Positions 58,778-64,000 of a stretch of DNA of 64,000 nt are shown here, in pieces; position 1 is the first letter of the stretch, and every line of letters begins with the position of its first letter. Position numbers and translations under genes: made by a program. This DNA is from Pirellulales bacterium (GTDB lineage Bacteria > Planctomycetota > Planctomycetia > Pirellulales > PALSA-1355). The stretch covers positions 832,001 through 896,000 of the forward strand of contig CAVTBU010000005.1 in the NCBI GenBank assembly GCA_963733035.1, given 5' to 3'. The notes under the pieces are model-generated. The model ran no database searches. It was not told the DNA's origin and worked only from the letters and a program-made list of their open reading frames with translations.

Positions 58778-61700
58778 CTAGGCGGCCTGCGAATCGTCGC
58801 CGGCCTCGGCCAATTCGGGCTCGACCTCCTCCTCGACCCACAAGTCCTTGCGCACTCGGTCTGCCAACTCACCGTCGAACTCCTCAGCCGACCAGCGAAT
58901 CTGCTCAGTCCGATGCAAAACGCGACGACGACGCTTTCGCATTGGCGGCCGCGATGCCGGCTCAACGGGCGGGGGAGGCGGCGCGGTTGGCTGCACTTCC
59001 GGAATTTCCTCGGCCTCGATGTCCATCACGACCGGCTCCGGTTCGACAATTTCAGCTTCGAACTCCTCGACGTCGGGCTCCTCGACAACCGCTTCGGCTT
59101 CCACGACTTGCGGCTCTGGCTCGACCTCGACCAGCGGCTCCTCTTGCATGATCGGTTCGGGCTCTGGTTCGGCCTTCTCTCGTAACCGAGTGGGACGCGC
59201 GGGCGGCTCATCTGGCGAAGCTTGTAAGCGGTCGGGCAGATTTCGGACGTCCGCATTGACCTTGCGGAACAGTTTGGCGATGTGCTCGTGGCAGGTGAAG
59301 ATCAAAACCTGGTGACCACGCTTGGCGAAATCGCGCAGCACCAGAGCGGCGGCACGGGCCCGCGTCACGTCAAAATTTACCAGCACGTCATCGAGCACTA
59401 GCGGCAACTCCACGCCGCGCCGGGCGAATGAGCTGACCAGCGCCATCCGCAGGGCCAGGAAGAGTTGTTCGCGAGTCCCGCTGGAGAGTACATCGACCGT
59501 CAGGCTATGTCCTTCGTGATCATCGACCCGTAGGGAGTGCTCGCCCAGAGGCGTCCATACGCGTGTATATCGACCACCAGTAAGCTTCTTCAAATAGGTC
59601 GAAGCCTCGCGGAGCACCTGTGGTTGATGTTCGCGTTCGTAAAAGTCGCGGACGGCGACCAGCAGTAAGTTACAAACTGCCAGCACACGCCAGCGATGAA
59701 TGGCATCGGCTAGCCGCTTCTCGACAACCTCGAGTTCCAGATGCTTGTCCGCAAGCTGACGATCTTCGGTCATTTGCCGGAGGCGATGATTCATTTCGCC
59801 ACGCCGTTCCGCAGCTTCGCTTAGCCGGGTAGATGCGGCCCGACGAGCTTCACTGGCATGAGTTTCAAGTTCGTGCAGATTCTCGCCATCAGCCAGCCAT
59901 GAGGCCACCGGTTCGTGGGCCGCATCAGCAAGCGAGGCGGAGATCTCGCGGTCGAGTTGAGCGTGTTCGCCACGCAATCGCAGAGCGTCCGCCTGCAATG
60001 CCGCTCGTCGGCGAAATTCGATCGGGTCGAGCGTGCCCGCCGCCCGCAACAGTGACAAACGCCGGCGTTTTAGTTTGTTGCGCTGCGCACGAGTTTTTGG
60101 TAACGTTCTCGCAGTCTGCCGACTTGCTTCGTTAGTTCGCCACGTTGCTTGAGCAGCGATTGCTGCTCGGCCAATTCGCTTTGACACTGTTGCAACTGCT
60201 CAGTCGGCCGGGCGGATTTGGGTGTGATTCCGACCTGGCTCACGAGTTGTGAGACGCGTGCGGCAAGCGATTCGAACTCGATGCGACGGCGTCCTAACTC
60301 GGCTTTCTTGTCGGCAATCTCCGAACTAAGACCGGCCGCCTGACGCCGACCGCGGGTAAATGATTTGAGTTGGCGGGGCGGCAGATCGTCGGGAAGTCCG
60401 CTTTCAGCGAGCAGGCGTCGCCAATGGCGGCGAGTCTCGCGGCAGCGATTCCGAACGGCCTCAGTTTGCTGGCGCGAACGCTCAGCCGCGGCCGCGGCGC
60501 TGTCGCGTTCGGACTCCAGCGGCAGAAGTTCCTCGAGCTTGGCCAGCGACTTTTCAGCGGATTGCAACCGAGCGACGAGAGGGCCACCGCCGCGGGGCAG
60601 CAACTCGTCGAGATCGTCGCGGTCCTCTTTGGCCTGCTTGATTTGCTGGCCAAGCAAGTTTAGCTGCTGGTGGCACTTATCGACGCGTCCCTCAGCACTG
60701 CGTTCCATGCCGAACTTCATGAGTGCCGCGATGCCAGCCGCCCCCACGCCGATCAGGCCGACTGGCCAGCCAATGGATTCGCCCAGCGATCCCGGCAGTA
60801 GTTTGGCAGCCACGTAAATCAGCACCAGGGCGCAACCGATGACGAACATGCTGCCGAACCCGGCTAGAGCCCAGGTTGGCAGCATTTGTTTCTCCAGATG
60901 CTCTTGCCCCTGCTGTTCGAGTTCACTCTCACGGGCGGTCATCTGCCCGATGCGTTCGTCGAGCTGTACGCGTTTGCGAAGCATCGACACCAATTCGCCA
61001 GCTTCGGCCAGCGCCTCGGTCAGGGTGCAATTCTTGACTCCTCCGAGCGCCTCGTGCACACGACCGCCCACCGCCGCGGCTTCCTGCTCGGCCGCGGCGG
61101 CCTGCTGGTGCAGTTCCTGGGCCTGGCGGCGCGCCTGCTGCATTTCACGAGCGGCCTGACGAAGCTCATTAATCGCGCGCTTCGTGAGGGCTGGAGTCGC
61201 ACCACCGACCGCCCATTGCTTGTTGGTTTCTTCGCTATTGGCTTCGAGATCGAGGAGGTCGTTTTCAAGCTCGCGAATCTGCTTTTCGAGCGACGTCATC
61301 CAAGGCTGTTGCTCGGCCAATGCTTCGATCCGCAGCGAATGGCGTCTGAGAGATTCGTTAATTTTAAGTTCGGCTATTTCGCGTCGAAGCCTGCTTCGCT
61401 TGCGTTTGAGGCGCCTAGCACGTCGAGCATGGAGGGCCAAGCTCGATTCGATCCGTTCGAATCGCTCCAATCCATTCTCGGGCAGCGTCTCAACGTGTCC
61501 TAATAGTTGTAGTTGCTGGTCGAGCAAAGCGCGTCGATGCCAGCGATCCGAAAGCCCGTGGGCTAGCGCAATTCGCCGGGCATGTTCTTCCCAGCGGCCA
61601 TGTTCGGCCTTCAACGTTTCAATTTCAGCATCAAGACGCCGTCGCTCGGCGGCCAGCGAAAGATAGCGCATCGTCACTTGGCCGTATTCTTCCAGCTCGT

Positions 61701-62292
61701 CTTGTAACCGCTGGCGTTGGCCCAGCAGTTGGCTGACAAGCGAGGGCCGGTCATCCATGGCCAACAGCCGCTCGCGAGAGGCGCTAAGCTCCTTCAGCAC
61801 GTCGACCAGCGAGACACGATCGAGCCCCAAGGCCAGGCCGTAGAGTTCCCCTGCGGCTCGAGTGTCGCCGAGCGTGGCAAGTTCCTGGATTTCGTGCAGC
61901 CCGAATACGAACACGTTCTTGAAGGTCGGTTCGTCCACCTCTCCCAGCAAAGCGGACAACGCGTGCTCATGATCGAGTGCATGGCGGTTGCCACGCGCGA
62001 CGAGAAGTTGTCCCAACGGGTTCTCCTCATCGGCATAGCGGGCAATCGAGTACTGTGCTTCGCCGGCAACCAGGTCGATCGTGCCGCCGGGCCGACCGCC
62101 GCCGAGCGGCGGCAAATAGCGTTCTTTTCGCTCTGGAGAAAAACCAAAGAACACCGAGCGGACAAACTGCATTAGCGTGGTCTTGCCGGCCTCGTTGGGC
62201 CCATAGAACACATTTAGCCCCGAGGACAGCGACTCAATTCGCAGCCCACTCCAGACGCCAAATCCGTCGACGGACAGGTCGGTAATTCTCAT
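58778..62292 (-). CDS. YhaN-like SMC/Rad50-type ATPase; frameshift at about 60084
   Basis: Walker A GPNEAGKTT, coiled coils, LSSGTREQL signature, LVLDD Walker B, FTCH. Confidence 0.88.
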
Positions 62293-63512
62293 AGCCGCTC
62301 CTCCGTCGGGCTGAGCAGATCAACACCCAAAGCTGCGGCTTCGGTCAGCACTTGACGCCGCAATTCTGGATCATTGAGCGCTGCCAAGGGAGCCAACGCA
62401 CCGGCCAAGTGGCGTTCGGCCAGGTAGGCTTCCAGGCTGAGCGGCTCCTCGAGGTTTTCCAGTTGCTGCTGCGCAGTGCGCAGGAATTCGCCGAGCAGCG
62501 TCTCCTCCTCGTAAAGGTCCTCGGGCAGTTCCGGTTGGTCCACATCCAGCGAGAGAGACCAGGCGGCTGGTTTTTTCGAGCCGTGCTCGGTGCGAAGGCG
62601 CGACAGCAGATCGCCGGGATGATTGCCAGAATGCAGCGATCGGGCCATGGCCTCGCTGCCTTCAATCGTCCAACTCACGAGCAACTCGGGTCCAAACGGA
62701 TCGATGAGCAGTTCGCCGACGCGTTCGTTGAGCAATTCCGTAAGTGAACCGATGGGCGTGGAAGGACCGACAACGACACGCTCGTGCGAATAGCGTACAG
62801 CATCCGTCGGTAAGAACGTGGTTCGCACGCGCCCGGTTTCGTCGACTTGCACAAGCGTACAACCATGCGGACCGCTTTCCTCCGGGGTCCTGCCCTGTGG
62901 CGTACCACAATAGTGCGCAGTGACCGTTCCACCGATCAGGGTTCGTCGGTCATGCTCACCGCCCAACGCCCAATACGCGATTGCATGTCGGGCCAGGGTT
63001 TCAGGATCGGCTATTCCGTGGGCAACCGCGACGGCAAACAGTCCGTCGGCGGCGTGAAAATCGGCGGCAGCAATTCTCTTTTGGTGATTGCCGCTGGTGC
63101 CAAGGATTTGCACCAGCGGCTCACCGGCCCGGTGATGAACGATACGTTCGACGCGTTCGACATCGAATCGATGGACGGTGTCCGGTAGAGGCCACAGGTC
63201 GGTCCACAATTCAAACCCATCGAGGGGACTGCCGGCCCAATAGACGCGAATGCCGACGTCCGCCAGCTTTTGAAATTGTGTCTCCAGAAATTCGATCGCA
63301 CGTGGTCCCGCCGCTCGCGGATTCAGCACGTCACCGGCGAGGACGACAAAATCAACGCGATGTTTGAGGGCCGCGTCGAACACGCGTTCGGCCGTCCGAT
63401 AGGCCGCGTCGGCCACGACTTCTCGCAGCTGGTCGGGAATCTCCGCCAAGCCGCCTAGGGGACGTTCTAAGTGTAGATCGCCTGCATGCAAAAATCGGAA
63501 GGTAGGGTCCAT
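62289..63512 (-). CDS. YhaO/SbcD/Mre11-like metallophosphoesterase
   Basis: FLHAGDLHL, LAGD, YWALG, GTPQGR...E.G..GC. Confidence 0.85.
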   Translation of the reverse strand: MDPTFRFLHAGDLHLERPLGGLAEIPDQLREVVADAAYRTAERVFDAALKHRVDFVVLAGDVLNPRAAGPRAIEFLETQFQKLADVGIRVYWAGSPLDGFELWTDLWPLPDTVHRFDVERVERIVHHRAGEPLVQILGTSGNHQKRIAAADFHAADGLFAVAVAHGIADPETLARHAIAYWALGGEHDRRTLIGGTVTAHYCGTPQGRTPEESGPHGCTLVQVDETGRVRTTFLPTDAVRYSHERVVVGPSTPIGSLTELLNERVGELLIDPFGPELLVSWTIEGSEAMARSLHSGNHPGDLLSRLRTEHGSKKPAAWSLSLDVDQPELPEDLYEEETLLGEFLRTAQQQLENLEEPLSLEAYLAERHLAGALAPLAALNDPELRRQVLTEAAALGVDLLSPTEERL

Positions 63513-63639
63513 CGCAGCCCTGCTCGTGTTGTGTGCGAATCGAGTGGCCAGCTCGACCTGGAAGTTTAACCAAGCGAGGCAAAAGGGGCCACCCGAGTTT
63601 ACCTAACCGACAAAGACATCGGACCTTGGGTATCTCGTA

Positions 63640-64000
63640 CTATGGGTGGCGACGAGGCCCATTGGTCTTCTTTGGTCGACGCGATGGCTGCGGTGTCGAC
63701 TTGCCATCGGGTTTAAAGCGACGAGTGTGGGAACTGTCATTATTATCTGCTACCGAGCGAGACTGCCGGGCCTGGGGACTATCGGCTTGGCCCGTAAGCT
63801 CGTAGAGAAAGCGACTGGGCACCGTCGGGCGTGCCTTTCCCCATTTCATTCGCGAGAGGGACAAACTGATTGTCAGACGATCCTGTGCTCGAGTGATGCC
63901 CACGTAGCACAGGCGGCGTTCCTCGTCGATTGCGGCACCCTCCATTTCCACTGAGCGGCGATGCGGGAGTAGCCCTTCCTCCATGCCGACCAGGTAGACC
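63640..64000 (-). CDS. C-terminus of a UvrD/PcrA/Rep helicase (truncated by the window edge)
   Basis: [32 protein letters not shown]. Confidence 0.92.
   Translation of the reverse strand, partial: VYLVGMEEGLLPHRRSVEMEGAAIDEERRLCYVGITRAQDRLTISLSLSRMKWGKARPTVPSRFLYELTGQADSPQARQSRSVADNNDSSHTRRFKPDGKSTPQPSRRPKKTNGPRRHP

Overview
Chromosomal housekeeping region of a Planctomycetia bacterium (probably Pirellulales). The 16S carries perfect Pla46, PLA886 and EUB338-II probe sites, and several PVC-restricted gene families are present. Contents: a solitary 16S rRNA gene with its own promoters and terminator, a stand-alone tRNA-Ile/tRNA-Ala pair, an uncharacterised sugar epimerase/oxidoreductase cluster, scpB-rpe-accD, larA, groES-groEL, trxA, archease-rtcB, a TPR-ExbB-ExbD operon, a PVC haem dehydrogenase and UvrD-YhaO-YhaN. 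No CRISPR, integrase, transposase or reverse transcriptase was seen. Three observations stand out. (1) A four-helix-bundle (23S rRNA intervening-sequence-protein family) gene is enclosed by heptamer-built inverted repeats running exactly from the upstream stop codon to the downstream start codon, with a gene-less sister element one gene upstream: a candidate RNA-silent insertion-element system. (2) In the ExbB/ExbD operon the TonB position is held by a protein with a TonB-type S-x3-H helix, a Pro-rich linker and a squalene-cyclase-like barrel. (3) All eight clear frameshifts (plus a probable ninth) fall at GCGC sites, suggesting long-read errors caused by GCGC methylation rather than pseudogenes. 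Product calls come from motif recognition only, with no database searches, and start codons are best estimates.
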